Shown: piece by piece, positions 1-14,100 of the stretch | How positions within the stretch are numbered: position 1 is the first letter of the stretch | Layout of the letters: every line of letters starts with the position of its first letter | DNA from: Perna viridis | Lineage: Eukaryota | Assembly (NCBI GenBank): GCA_037379345.1 | Contig: CM074512.1 | Span: 26,908,001-26,972,000 of the forward strand | Direction: 5' to 3' | Length of the DNA: 64,000 nucleotides | Program-made: the position numbers and the translations under genes | Notes under the pieces: model-generated | Databases searched by the model: none | The model's input: the letters and a program-made list of their open reading frames with translations, nothing else | What the model was told of the DNA's origin: nothing

Positions 1-1
1 G

Positions 2-307
2 GTCCTCCAACAGTAACTGTGGCTCAGCCATCTTACTCAGTCACTACTGGACAACAAGTGACCTTGGTCTGTACTGTGACCTCTAACTTGGCTATCAATA
101 ATGTCTACTGGCAGAGAAATGTTGGTGGTACCATAACAACCATCCAATCTAACACCAACACCAACAAATATAGTGGTAGTACTGTTAATGCACCATCCTT
201 AACCATCTCTAATGCTGCCCAGAGTGATGTTGGTACATATACCTGTTTTGCTACTAACAGTGTAGGAACTGGACAAAGTACAACGACCACTCTCAGTGTT
301 ACAGGAA
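2..307 (+). CDS. Exon 1 in window: Ig domain 1 (306 nt, phase 1-1)
   Basis: Position 1 is the G of the acceptor, by alignment to exon 2. Donor A|GTATGT. PPTVTVAQPSYSV...C...W...DVGTYTC. Confidence 0.9.
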
Positions 308-3300
308 GTATGTATTTTTGTCTCTTTTAATCTGGTAATAGAAATTGTGCCTTTGCAAAGACAAGTTACTTGTATATGTGTTTTGTCCCACCTTTGTTTT
401 TGCATGTTTTATATATGAGTTTGTCATTAACACATATAACACTATTTTACCACCAAACATGTTTTGTTTATAATTAAAGTTATTTTTTGCTGATGTTAAA
501 TAACTTGAAATATTAACATTTGTTGTATGATAATTGTCCTGCTATATACAAAAAAGTGTTTTAATGCTTCCTTTGTTATAGATGGATAGTTTGTTCATAT
601 GATCACTTTATTATAAGAATTACATCCTTGCCAGATAAATATAGCCAGCTTATGCTATAGATTCATGAAGTAATCAACATTGAGCTTAAATTGAATTTCA
701 ATGTTTTTAGCAGTAATATAAAGAATACCAGTAATAATGATAAAATGTTGTAAGAATTTAAAGAATCCTTTGCCAATAAACATTAGTATTTCAAGTCTGT
801 TAACAAAACTCTTGGTTGCCTTTCAAATCATGGTAGGTTTACTTATTGTATACTGATAAATTACTATGATCATCATTTAGATATTTTTTACAACTTATAG
901 AAATATTTGTATTTCTGTCCTTATTATATGCAAAATAATTTCCCACTTTAATATCTGGATAACTGATACATATTCCATCTTCATTAACCTCAGGTCCCCC
1001 AACAGTAACTGTGGCTCAGCCATCTTACTCAGTCACTACTGGACAACAAGTGACCTTGGTCTGTACTGTGACCTCTAACCTGGCTATCAATAATGTCTAC
1101 TGGCAGAGAAATGTTGGTGGTACCATAACAACCATCCAATCTAACACCAACACCAACAAATATAGTGGTAGTACTGTTAATGCACCATCCTTAACCATCT
1201 CTAATGCTGCCCAGAGTGATGTTGGTACATATACCTGTTTTGCTACTAACAGTGTAGGAACTGGACAAAGTACAACGACCACTCTCAGTGTTACAGGAAG
1301 TATGTATAATTTGGTTTGGTTAATAAGTTATAATGTATATCCAGAATTCTAGCAATATAGAGATGTCTTTTTGTTGTGTATCTTTGAGTATCATTTTGGT
1401 TTACACATCAGTTTTGTGATTGAATTCCAGTTTTGTACAGCTATTTGAGGATGCAGGTCATGATAATATACACAAATTGATGAATATAACTAAATGCATA
1501 GAAATAAAAGTGAAAATTTGTATACTTTTTAAATATGAATGAACTACTGTTTTGTTGTAGTTTGTATTTATTATCCTTCAAAAAAGAATTCATTTTTTAA
1601 TATAAAAGTAATTTTAAATAATTGAAAAAAAAACTTTCCCTGTTACATTAAAAAACATTTCCCACATTATTTTAGATCTTGATTAGCTGTAGGCAGACAA
1701 TGTTGTTTGTCCCTCTTCTGTGTTTGCTTCTTTTCCTTGTCTTTGTCTTTTATCTCTTGCAAAATAATAACATTCAACAAAATGGCAAAATTGTTTATAT
1801 TTTCTTGAGTAATTTAACTTTGTAAATGATGATAAAAATGTCGCACATAGTCCATCATTATTAAGTCTATATGTATGGAATGTGATTTGATTTCCTCATA
1901 TAAGGGGTGATTGTTAAATGTCAATCAAAGATCCCTTTGTTAGTGAAAGAAAACAAACTACGTATACAATTTGTAAGTAAAAATGAAAATAGGCATGGAT
2001 GTTAGTTGACAAAATTTTGGCTTATGTCATCTTAAAATTCAGTGTGCACTTTCTTCAGGTAATTAAAGGTGTGCTTCTGATTTACAGAAAAAAAACAAGC
2101 CGATGATCCAAACAGTCCAGATATATTTATTTATATGATTTGTTCTTTTTAACCTTGTCAAGCCTGAATTGAATGATAGTAAAATACTATATTTCAGTTA
2201 TTAATATAAATAAAGAAAATTTGTTGATTTGTAGAACCCTTTACATCACCTCTTTCAAATGAATTTAAGGATACTAGTAACTAAAAACAAAGGTTGCCTT
2301 CCATAGCTTGAGGGTCTTGTCTTTTTTGGTTTACCTAAACCACTGGCATAAAATTCTGTCTTGCTAATTTTTAGTACTCAGTTAATTTGCTTTTGCTGTC
2401 AGAAGCTTTCTTTAAGTAACCATTTATAGTTGGTAGTAATTAATAACTGACTTGCTTTAACTCATAATTTTTTTTTAAATATATTTATCACAAAATTTTG
2501 TAGCAATACCAGTAGTTAATGTACAACAAGCAACATACTCTGTTAACTCGGGACAGTCTGTAACATTGGTCTGTACTGTCACCTCAAACCTTGCTATAAA
2601 TAATGTCTACTGGCAGAGAAATGTTGGTGGTACCATAACAACCATCCAATCCACCACCAACACCAACAAATATAGTGGCAGTACTTCGTCTTCACCATCC
2701 CTAACCATCTTTAATGTTGCATCATCTGATTTGGGCACTTATACCTGTTTTGCCAGCAATATTGTTGGAACAGGACAAAGTAGTACCACTACATTAGTTA
2801 TTTCCTTTCCACCAACTGTTGTAATTCAGCAGTCATCATATTCTGTCAGTGCTGGTCAATCAGTGACCTTGGTCTGCACAGTAACATCAAGTCTTCAGAT
2901 ATCATCTGTGCAATGGCAGAGAAATTTTGGTGGTATCATAACAACCATTACATCCAACACAAATACCAACAAATATAGTGGCAGTACTACCAACATTCCA
3001 TCGTTGTCAATTTCAAACACTGACTCGAATGATGCTGGGCAATATACTTGTTATGCCTCTAACAGTGCTGGCACAGGCCAGAGTACCATAACAACTTTAA
3101 CAGTGTTGTTGCCTCCTTTAGTGAGTGTTCCCCAGTCATTTTATTCAATAACAACTGGCCAGGCTATAACCTTGACTTGTACTGTGACCTCTACCCTTCC
3201 TGTCAACAGTGTCTACTGGCAAAGAAATGTTGGTGGCACAATAACAACGATTACTTCTAACACCAACACTAATAAATATAGTGGCAGTTCAACAAACACA

Positions 3301-6300
3301 CCATCCCTAACAATCTTTAGTTCTAACTTCAATGATGCTGGCAGTTACACTTGTTTTGCTACTAACAGCGCTGGAACTGGGCGAAGCAACCCAACAACTC
3401 TTAGCGTAACTGGAAGTAGGTTTAGTAGCAGTATTTCATAATGTTACATGGTTCATGTTTATAAAAGTAGGTATGCAAGCTTTCATGCTTCCAACTTGAA
3501 TTATGTAATCCATGTATTTCATGTAACACGTGTAAGGAATTATAAGGAGAGTGAAAATGTTGATTATGTCAAAGAGACAACAAACCTGGCAGGATGAAAA
3601 ATGTCAAGGCCACTCATGGGTCTTCCATGAAATTCTTTGAAGACACATGAGTGACCTGGAGCTGACATTTTTGCTACTATTGTGGCAACAGAATAATCGC
3701 TTGAAAACTTTAAGGATGAAAGTGTAGAAAGAGCAATTTTTTTTCAGTATACATATAGAAAAATGTACAGCTAAAATCTATATTTCTGAAATTATGCAAA
3801 AGGAAAGGAAATTTAAAGGATAAGATTTTGAAAAATACTTTAAGAAATGAATTCTTCTTGTGAAAAATGCAGATATGTATACTTATATAATGAATTATTT
3901 AACATCTCCATACAAGCCTACTTAATGAACTGCTTTTAAAATATTATATATATGTTCTATTGAGCTAGCTATAGCTTTGTTCATTGCCCTTTTGTTCAGG
4001 AGTTGTGTAATCAAGGCTTTGTTCAGACTAAACTAATTTACTTTCCAATAATGATGCCCATTTTATTTTAAACCAATTTCAGACATTTCACAAGCACATA
4101 AAAAATAAAATATTTTGCAAATGTAACATTCGGGGAAAAATCCCTATGTTTTGTTACACTTCTACCATACACATTTTTTTGTGTTGTAATTATATTTTTG
4201 TTGTCTCATTTATTCACACTCTTAAGTTGGAACAGAGATTTGCTGGTGTTACTATAAATGATTCTTGTGATATATCTGGTTAATTTTTACCCCCTGTCTA
4301 CAGTAATATCAGTAAGCTAAAGGTTTTAATATTGCTTTTTTCAATTGTTTATGCATTTTATTGATCAATAAGTCTTCGATAGATATCATTTTTTGCTGAA
4401 ATAATTTTCAAGGAATATTGAGATATTTAGACAACTGTTTGCCTAAATTTTGATATTTTTAATAGCATAAGTTACAACAATACAATCGTAGCAATGCTTG
4501 GTTGACAAGTTTTCATACATATAACTTTTTAATTTTTTATAGGTCCACCCACAGTTACAGTAGCTCAGCCATCTTACTCTGCCACAACAGGACAACAAGT
4601 GACCTTGGTCTGTACTGTGACCTCTAACCTACTTGTCAATAATGTCTACTGGCAGAGAAATGTTGGTGGTACCATAACAACCATCCAATCTAACACCAAC
4701 ACCAACAAATATAGTGGAAGTACTGTTAATGCACCATCCTTAACCATCTCTAATGCTGCCCAGAGTGATGTTGGTACATATACCTGTTTTGCTACGAACA
4801 GTGTAGGAACTGGACAAAGTACAACGACCACTCTCAGTGTTACAGGAGGTATGGTTACTGCATTTTTTATATGAAATGATTTATCAGTTTGAAAAAAGTT
4901 TATCAAAGATTAATTTACATATTTAATCCAGTATTATTTTGACATGACATTACGACTCCAAAGATTTTTATTTTCAGTCGAAGATGAAATGATATAAAGT
5001 TTTGATTTTGTTCAGACTTCTTATAATTGACAAGGCAATAAAAACAAGTGAATGACACATATAAGTTTCAAAACAGCAATTATGGGTTAATTTATACATA
5101 ACAACAGAAGGTTCAGTCATCCTTAATTGTGCTCTCACACCAAATATTACTTTTTTTATAATTTGAGAGAAATTGGAGTGACATGTACAATGCTACAAAC
5201 AGGTACACTAAGACAGTACAGTGTTCACACAAACTGCCTTGTATAAGTAATGTGATTTATACCTGTTTACTGATGTGTAAGAATAGGAAAGAGTTCTGTT
5301 ATAATCATTAGTAGTAGTAGTAGGATTTATCTGCTTGCATTATTTTGGATATGATGTATAAAATTTGTCATTGAATTTCCATCTCGTGCCTTTTTGTTTG
5401 CCTTTTATTTTTTTTAGAATAGATCTGCATTTCCTTTACATTTCACGTAGTTTTAGAAGTCATTATGTTGTTATTTTCAGCCTCATAGATACTAATTGTA
5501 TTAAACAGATATTTTAGTTGGTAGTTGACAGCTAATGATATATATTTCTGGTTCCCTTTTATGGTATTAATAGAAATTAGTCTGTGATTATTTAAATAAA
5601 TCATTTTATCAAAAGCTAGAAAAATTTTTTCCATTACATGGCTTTCATTTCAGGTTCAGTATATAACAGTGAGAGAATGTGAAGCATAGACATTTTTTTG
5701 CCATTTTTGTAATTTTGTTGCACTTCAAGTATTTAATAACTGTAATTTCAGTTCCCCCTACAGTCACTATTCTCCAACCATCATATTCTGTCAATGTTGG
5801 AAACACCATAACTTTAGAATGTACTGTTACATCAACACTTCCTGTTACCTCTGTCCAGTGGCAGAGGAACATTGGTGGATCCATAACCACCATCACATCC
5901 ACTAGCAACACCAACAAATATGGTGGCAGTACTACCAGTATTCCTTCATTGACCATTAATTCAGCAGAACTTGGAGATAGTGGCAGTTACACATGTTTTG
6001 CTACTAATATTGTTGGAAGTGGACAGAGCAGTGCTACTACACTTACTGTCAATGCCAGTATGTTTAAAGATTTTTGCTGTCTACTCATACAACTTAATTT
6101 TGATTCAGGATTGCCTGAGCTTTTTACTGATTTATAATTTTTCATAATCATTATACTGGTTCTAATACATGTAGTTATTTTTTGTTATGGATAATTCTTT
6201 TCTGATAAAGGTAAAAACTTCTAACTTTATTTTGACAAATAGATTTGATTTTTTAAAGGAAATAATATGAACAATACACAAGATTGGAACTTTTTTTTTC

Positions 6301-9300
6301 TGTTAACAAAATATTGAATCAATTTTCAGATCCACCTACTGTTAATGTATTACAACCATCATATGGCGTAACAGTTAGTAACTCTGTTACCTTACAGTGT
6401 GTTGTTACTTCTAGTCTACCGGTCACCTCTGTCTACTGGCAGAGAAATGTCGGGGGTTCTGTCACAACTATTACCAGTAATACCAATACCAACAAGTACT
6501 CTGGAAGTACAGCTAATGCACCATCATTGACCATTTTAAGTGCTGAGTTGGGAGACACTGGAAGTTATACCTGTTTTGCATCTAACAGTGCAGGAACTGG
6601 CCAAAGCACTGTTACCACCCTCACTGTTACTGGCAGTAGGTTTTCATTTGCACTGTGTTCCTTGATACTCATATATAACATAGATTATCTTTATAATCTC
6701 CATTACCATTACAGAATGTTTGTTTAATGTACTCCATAAGCTAGAAGCATAATATGGTCTTGGAATATAGCTTCATACTCTTTCTTTTCTTGCTATAACT
6801 GTGTATTTTTTCATTATTCTAATAATCAATTATAGGAATAAAAATATTTTGTTTTTTTTACTCAACATACATAGGAAATGACTTTACAAAACAATTTCTT
6901 TTTGAATACATGCAAAATTATTTGAATTTTCTATTTTTTTTATCCTCAAAGTAAATAAATTGACAACATTTTAAATAATAACAAAAAAGAAATGCATGTA
7001 AGATAACATTTGGACTATCAATTATGAATGATATGACCCAAACAAATGACCTTTAATTTTCTTTTTTTTTATAAAATTGATGAAAAAATCCTGAGAGTCA
7101 GTGTACTTGACTGCCCATTGTGTTAGGCCTGTATCAAATAATGTTAACTTCTTTGATGATGGCTGTTTCAACCACATAATTACTGGATATAAGTTTTCAC
7201 TTGGCATCTTTTGTCTTGGGTTGACATACGCTGTTAAGTATACATGACCATACCATATTTGTTGTACACCTATATACACCCACCCTTATCTTATACAAAT
7301 TCAATGTACATTTTATATATTTATCTTATCCTAAGTATTGTGCCTACACTTTTGTAGCCTTTCAAATGTGTCCTTAACTGATAATAATGGTACCGGTAAA
7401 TGGATTTATTTTGGAAGAAAAAAATGCTTTAAAATAGCAGGAATGTTACATTAAAATGTATTATACTATTTTGTAAATATTGTCCTCATTATTTAAATAT
7501 TTGTACATAATTTGGAAAGCATTCGTTTACAGTTGTTATCAGTAAAAAAGATATGAAAGTGACCCTAATTTAGAATGGAAACTTCAACACACAAAAAAAA
7601 AAGAATTATTGACCTTCATATAAAACGGATTTTACAAGTGGAGTAGGTAATAAAATGTTCTAAATGGTTTCAATAGTTATTCCCAAGCCATTTTTAAATG
7701 AAATTATTTCAGTTCCCCCAACTGTCACAATATTACAGCCAACCTACTCAGTCACAGTTGGTGATTCTGTTACTCTTGAATGTACTGTGACATCTGTACT
7801 CCCTGTAACTAATGTGGAATGGCAGAGAAATATTGGTGGTACCATAACAACCATCACATCCACCACTGACACTAACAAATACACAGGAAGTACTGTCAGA
7901 GTTCCGTCATTGACAATATCAATCACAGAATTAGCAGATACTGGAAGTTATACTTGCTTTGCTTCCAACAGTGTAGGAACTGGTCAGAGTACTGTTACAA
8001 CCTTGACAGTTACTGGCAGTAGGTTTCTCTTGACACTTGGAATGGCAATATCAACCTTATTTATATATTTTTTCTCATCTTTACTGTAAGCTCTTATACT
8101 CATAACATTGATGTGCCTCCTATTCCTTGTGTCCTATGCATTCTGTCACTCAACACAAAACATTTATATTTTTTACATTGATCTAGGTTTACTATGATGT
8201 ATTTCTTTTTAAATATTTTCTTGACATTTTTTGCATGATCTGAATTCCTGGATATTTCTTTTTGCAAATTAGGAATATGGGTCAACTGTATCTGAGCAAT
8301 AAAATTGACAATGATAACTTACTAGTTATAATATACTTTCTGACTTTTATTATATGGAGAAATTAACTATTCCAATATAGATAACAGTTAATGGTAATTA
8401 TATTGGTTGAAAACTCTTTATTGGTAAACTGTATGTATTTTATACCCCCTTCTTTAAATACATGTACTAATGGAGTATAGTGATCAGGATGTCTGTTTAT
8501 CCACACATTGTATACCTTTATGCATTTTTGAATTCATCCTTCAGGGAATAATTTTTAGGTGCTTGTTTTTCCTGTTGTACATTTGCTATTTTTAATTGAT
8601 TTTAATGGGACTTTGGAATATCTTTAATAAGAATATGGATTTTGCCACTGATTCAAAATTTACAGTTATGCAATGCTGCTGTGCATCTGCTATCTGAACG
8701 AATTTTAGGTTTTCATCAATTTTACATGGACTTAAATCATATGTATCATGAAGTAGTCACAACTCCAAACCTGCCTGATGGTATTTTATGACATTTTCAG
8801 TGAATGATTATTTAATGATATTTTACACCTGCTTTTTTGATTTTTGATAAAAATGAATTTTTGGTTTCCATTAAAATGATGTAAATTGCCATAAACTCAA
8901 TTAGATGGTACATGTGTTGTAACTAATTTTCAGCCTGTTACCTCACTTAGGCTATGCCTTCTGTTGAGGTATCCATTTCATTTTAGTTTTTGCTTATATA
9001 TTTGATCTCGTTATTGAAGTAGTTTATATCAAAGTTAAGCATAGAATGATGTTTGTTTTTGTTTGTTGGGGTTTAACGTCCGAGCAGCAATATTTCAGCT
9101 ATATTCAGACGAAAGCATAGAATGAAAAGTCAAGATTATATTTGCATGTATGCATGACCTAGGTGTGTCTCTGTGGAGGGCATTCTTTTGTGAGCTTTAC
9201 TAAGAGCTCACAAAGTGTTGTTAATGACAGAAAAAGTTGACGTTAATTTAAAGCTGAAGGGAATTTTTGTCTCTGTACTGCTCTCATTTTACTTATGATA

Positions 9301-11106
9301 ATACTTCAGAATATATTTGAAGTACTATAACATTTTAAACATTGTCAAATCAATTTTAGCTCCTCCCATCCCCACAATAGTAGAGCCATCTTATTCCATC
9401 ACCCTTGGCAATGCTGTAACCCTGGAATGTTCTGTTACATCTATCCTCCCTGTCACTAAAGTGGAATGGCAAAAAAATATAGCTGGTATAATAACATCAA
9501 TTACATCTACAACTGACACCAACAAATACACAGGAAGTACTGTTAGTACACCATCCCTGACAATTTTGTCAACAGAATTTGCAGATACTGGAACTTATAC
9601 ATGTTTAGCAGTCAACAGTGTAGGAACTGGTCAGAGTACTGTTACAACCTTAACAGTTAGTGGCAGTAGGTTTCGAATATAAACTCGCTATTGGTTTCCA
9701 ACTTCTATCAGGGCTAAATGACTCTCTTCCATATTTACATAATATTGTCAACCCTGTTCTTGATTTCTATGGTATTAGTTTTTGCTGGTATTTGTTTCTG
9801 AGCATTGTCTGAAATATCTAATGCATATGACTTATTATGTATTCAATGGTTGTAGTTATATCAAAACATCTAATTTAAAACCATTTTTTCTTCTGTTTTC
9901 TAAATAATGCCAAAAACTTATTTCTACAGGCCACTTTGTCACTAGATTGTTGCTTTTTTGTTGTAAAAATAATAAAGACTGTATATTAGTGCTATCAAAG
10001 AGCTTTTATTCTTGATTTAATTTATTAAGGAAGTACAGGAATATATAGTCTGTTCCCAAAATACAGATCTATATACAGAAAGAACTACAGTTACATGAAA
10101 ATATGGTGTACTTAGATAAAAAAGCATCATCTGTTTGATAGGCTGCACCCTGTATCACTTCTACCTATGGTCTGAATTATATATATCTTTCATGCTCTGT
10201 TTGGGTATTTTCTGCTGTCTTATTTCAATAACCTAAAAACTGTGCTTTATTGATACCACATCATGTACTGGTACATTTAAAACCACTGAAATACTCTTGC
10301 ATGTTTACCGGTATATTTTTTAACTAGATACAGTTGTAATCATTTACTAATGGTAAACTACTGTACAATAGTTTTTTCAATTTCATTTGATTATTATGGT
10401 CAAAATCTGATTTTCCAGACTGATAAAACTTATTTTTCTACTTACTTATGTAACCAATCATTTTTCATGTATAGTTGTATAATTAATTTGCCAATTTAAT
10501 TATGACAAATGATGTTTTAAATCAACAGTGCTGTGCTGCTGCTCAACTCTTTCTTCACAATTTGTGAAAAGTAGTTGCAGTTTTCTATGTGGTCTTGCAA
10601 ATTCTGCATGGATTTATTTATTTGATTAATACATTTCTTTTTGTTCATTCTATTTTTTAAAGTAAACAATGGATAATAGCCTTTGAATCATCAAACATTT
10701 TTCTACTTTTTGTTTCCATCTACTTTTATTCTCTGTTATTTGTTCTTGTAATGTTTGCAGAAGTTTATATATATATGATATATATATATACTTCTGCAAA
10801 CATTACAAGATATATATATATACATACACACTGCTCCATCGGATCAAAATTGATAAGGAAGATAATGTAAAAAGGTCTGAAAAATTCCAAACGTGCGTGT
10901 ATATATATATATATATATATACAACGTCTCAGAATGTGATGACTCTATTTGCAACACTGCTCCATCGGATCAAATTGATACAGGGAAGATATATAAACGT
11001 ATAGAAAGGTCACTCTGCTGTGCGAGTTCGAGTCCCGCGGAGGGAACGACCAAAAATTTGCATCGCAAATTTGACAGTTCTAACATCGTTGGGAATTTTT
11101 CAGACC

Positions 11107-11147
<41 letters not shown>

Positions 11148-14100
11148 CCTGCTTTTCATATGAGTACACTCAGTTATGCTACAATACAAACATGCTATCA
11201 TTGCAGTATTGGGTTCATGCTTGTTACATCATTACAGCAGTGTATGCCAAATTGGTACCAGACCGAATCTCTTATTTGAACTTTTCTTCTATTTTGGGCA
11301 ACTGAAAAAAAAAAAACAAGACATGTCTGTTGGTTCTGCAGTATTTCATTTTCACTGCATTACAGTGTTTGTTGTCTTTTATACCGTCATCTGTATTTTG
11401 AAAGTCATTACTTGATTCCTGTTTCATTTCAGCTCCTCCAACTGTTACCATTTTACAACCATCATATACTGTGACTGTTGGTAACTCTGTTACCCTTGAA
11501 TGTACTGTTACTTCTGTACTCCCTGTGACTAATGTTGAATGGCAGAGAAATATTGGTGGTACCATAGCAACCATCACATCCACCACCAACACCAACAAAT
11601 ACACAGGAAGTACTGTCAGTGTTCCATCATTGACTATATCAACCACAGAATTGGCAGATACTGGAAGTTACACTTGTTTCGCATCCAACAGTGTAGGAAC
11701 TGGGCAGAGTACTGCTACAACCTTGACAGTTACTGGCAGTAGGTTCCCATTGGCATGGCTTTCCTATGTATCTAATGAACACACTATCACTCTTGCAACC
11801 CATTTTACCAACCTTTCTTATCCCAGTTACAATCCTGATGCTTTTTTTTTTATTTCACCAATTCTGCATTTAACACTTAATCCATGTTATATCTTTATTT
11901 TTACCAGCTTGTTTGTCTATTGTCTTTCTGTTTCTTAAAATGTGCCCATCTATTAACAGTGAACTTTTGATTTAGTGACTTCTGTATGGTATTTCTTTGT
12001 AGAAGGCTTACTTTATTTGAACTACTGAAGAAAAACTGATAAAAGAAATATTGTAATTAGACTTGATTTTTTTAATAGTCTTAATTATCCTTTTACTTAG
12101 AATGAAAAGTGAGTGTGAGGGAAAAAAATCAATTTGAAATGTTGCAATTGATAATTTGAGAGATAAGAGATAAATTATGCTTCAAATTGATTTAAATGAA
12201 TGAGAGAGAAGAAAAATGCTTAAACTTATTTTATGTTAGTATTTACTTAAATTTAGTGAAAAGGATTCTGTTTTAAGGTGAAAAACATAAGCTGGGTTTT
12301 GTATTAAACATTAGATAACTTCATAAGGGTCTTTTATTTAAAATTTTCAAAGCTGATCCTATTCATTAGTATTAAATATAAATCAAATGTAGTTGTCCCG
12401 TGTTTTGTTTAAAACATACATCTATCGATTTCAGCCCCTCCCACCGTCACAATATTACAGCCTACTTATTCCGTCACAGTTGGTGATTCTGTCACACTTG
12501 AATGTACTGTTACTTCTGTACTCCCTGTGACTAATGTTGAATGGCAGAGAAATATTGGTGGTACCATAACGACCATCACATCCACCACCAACACCAACAA
12601 ATACACAGGAAGTACTGTCAGTGTTCCATCATTGACTATATCTACCACAGAATTGGCAGACACTGGAAGTTATACTTGTTTTGCATCTAACAGTATAGGA
12701 ACTGGGCAGAGTACTGCTACAACCTTGACAGTTACTGGCAGTAGGTTTCCATTGGCATGGCTTTCCCATGTATTTTATCTTTACACTATTCCTGAAATCC
12801 CTGTTGCACTCTGATATATCTTGTATCAAGCATTAAGATAATTTTGTAATCAAACCCTGATGGTTCTTACACTGCTATTTCCCACTGTCACATGTATCAC
12901 TGTGTCACAATCCAAGTTTTCAAATATGATCTCACCAAACCCAGTAACAACCAACTCTTGTCTCGTATATGTAGCTACTGATAGATAAACCTTGCTTTAC
13001 AGAATCTTTTTGTAACCCATACTGCTATAATTAAATAACTAATGGACCCAGTATTAATATTTTTTGACCAAGTAGTTAAAAGATTTATATATTGTTTCTA
13101 ATTTTTGTTTTATTTGATTATGCACTTATTTTTGTTTTTATACCTTGAGAAGGTTGTAGGTTATATAGGATTACCCTACATGTATATATATGTCTGTCCA
13201 CATATCTTGTAATTATAACTCCTTCTGCACTTTTCAGTCGGTTTTGATTTAGTTTATACATGTAACGATAAGAACTTTTTGGGATAGAATACCAGTTCTT
13301 CCAACTAACACGGTCTTCTCCCCTTCCATACAATTTTAAACAACAGTTGAACTGAAGGGGAAAATACAGATTTTAATGAAATTTAGTGTAGAAGATAGAA
13401 ATCAAATGTAGATGTGCATGAAAGGAGATAATAATTGTCTTATACCTGTCAAACAGAGATAATACAACTTAAGGAGTTTTCTTCTTAAAACATCTCCTAA
13501 AACACTGAATTGATGTTGACAAATTTTTATAGAAAGTTAAGGCATCATTTGTATATATACACTAGATACGATGGTTAATCCCATGTTAATGTAATGAGAG
13601 GGGTTTAACATGAAGGGTGTCTAATTGAAGCAGGGGTATTATCTTTTGGGGTTATTTACAATGTTTATAGTTTTTATCTATTTGTAAATTGTGTATGACT
13701 TCATTTTGTTTATCAATACCATTTTAATATAAATATGTCTCAATTTAACTGATATTTTTTAATAAGTTTTTCTTTTTCCTCTCCTTTGTCAGATGTTTTA
13801 TAGAAAAAAACAACCCCCACAAAAAAACTCCTCCCCCCTCCTCCCCCCACACAAAAAAAAAAGATATGGATCTTGCCTTTTAAGGGTCATTGTTTTTAAT
13901 CTGTTGTTTTGCAGCTCCTCCAACTGTCACAATATTACAGCCAACCTATTTAGTCACAGTTGGTGATTCTGTTACACTTGAATGTACTGTTACTTCTGTA
14001 CTCCCTGTGACTAATGTTGAATGGCAGAGAAATATTGGTGGTACCATTACGACCATCACATCCACCACCAACACCAACAAATACACAGGAAGTACTGTCA

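Noticed and set aside
5679-7712. Hydrophobic N-termini of ORFs 5679 and 7664 as per-exon signal peptides (protocadherin/sDscam-like cassettes)
   Set aside because: 5679 starts at GTG and both run through T-rich acceptor tracts. Neither forms a convincing leader, and the feature does not recur before other exons.
11015-11045. tRNA gene at GTTCGAGTCC
   Set aside because: Only a B-box/T-arm-like piece is present; I could not build a cloverleaf or find an A box.
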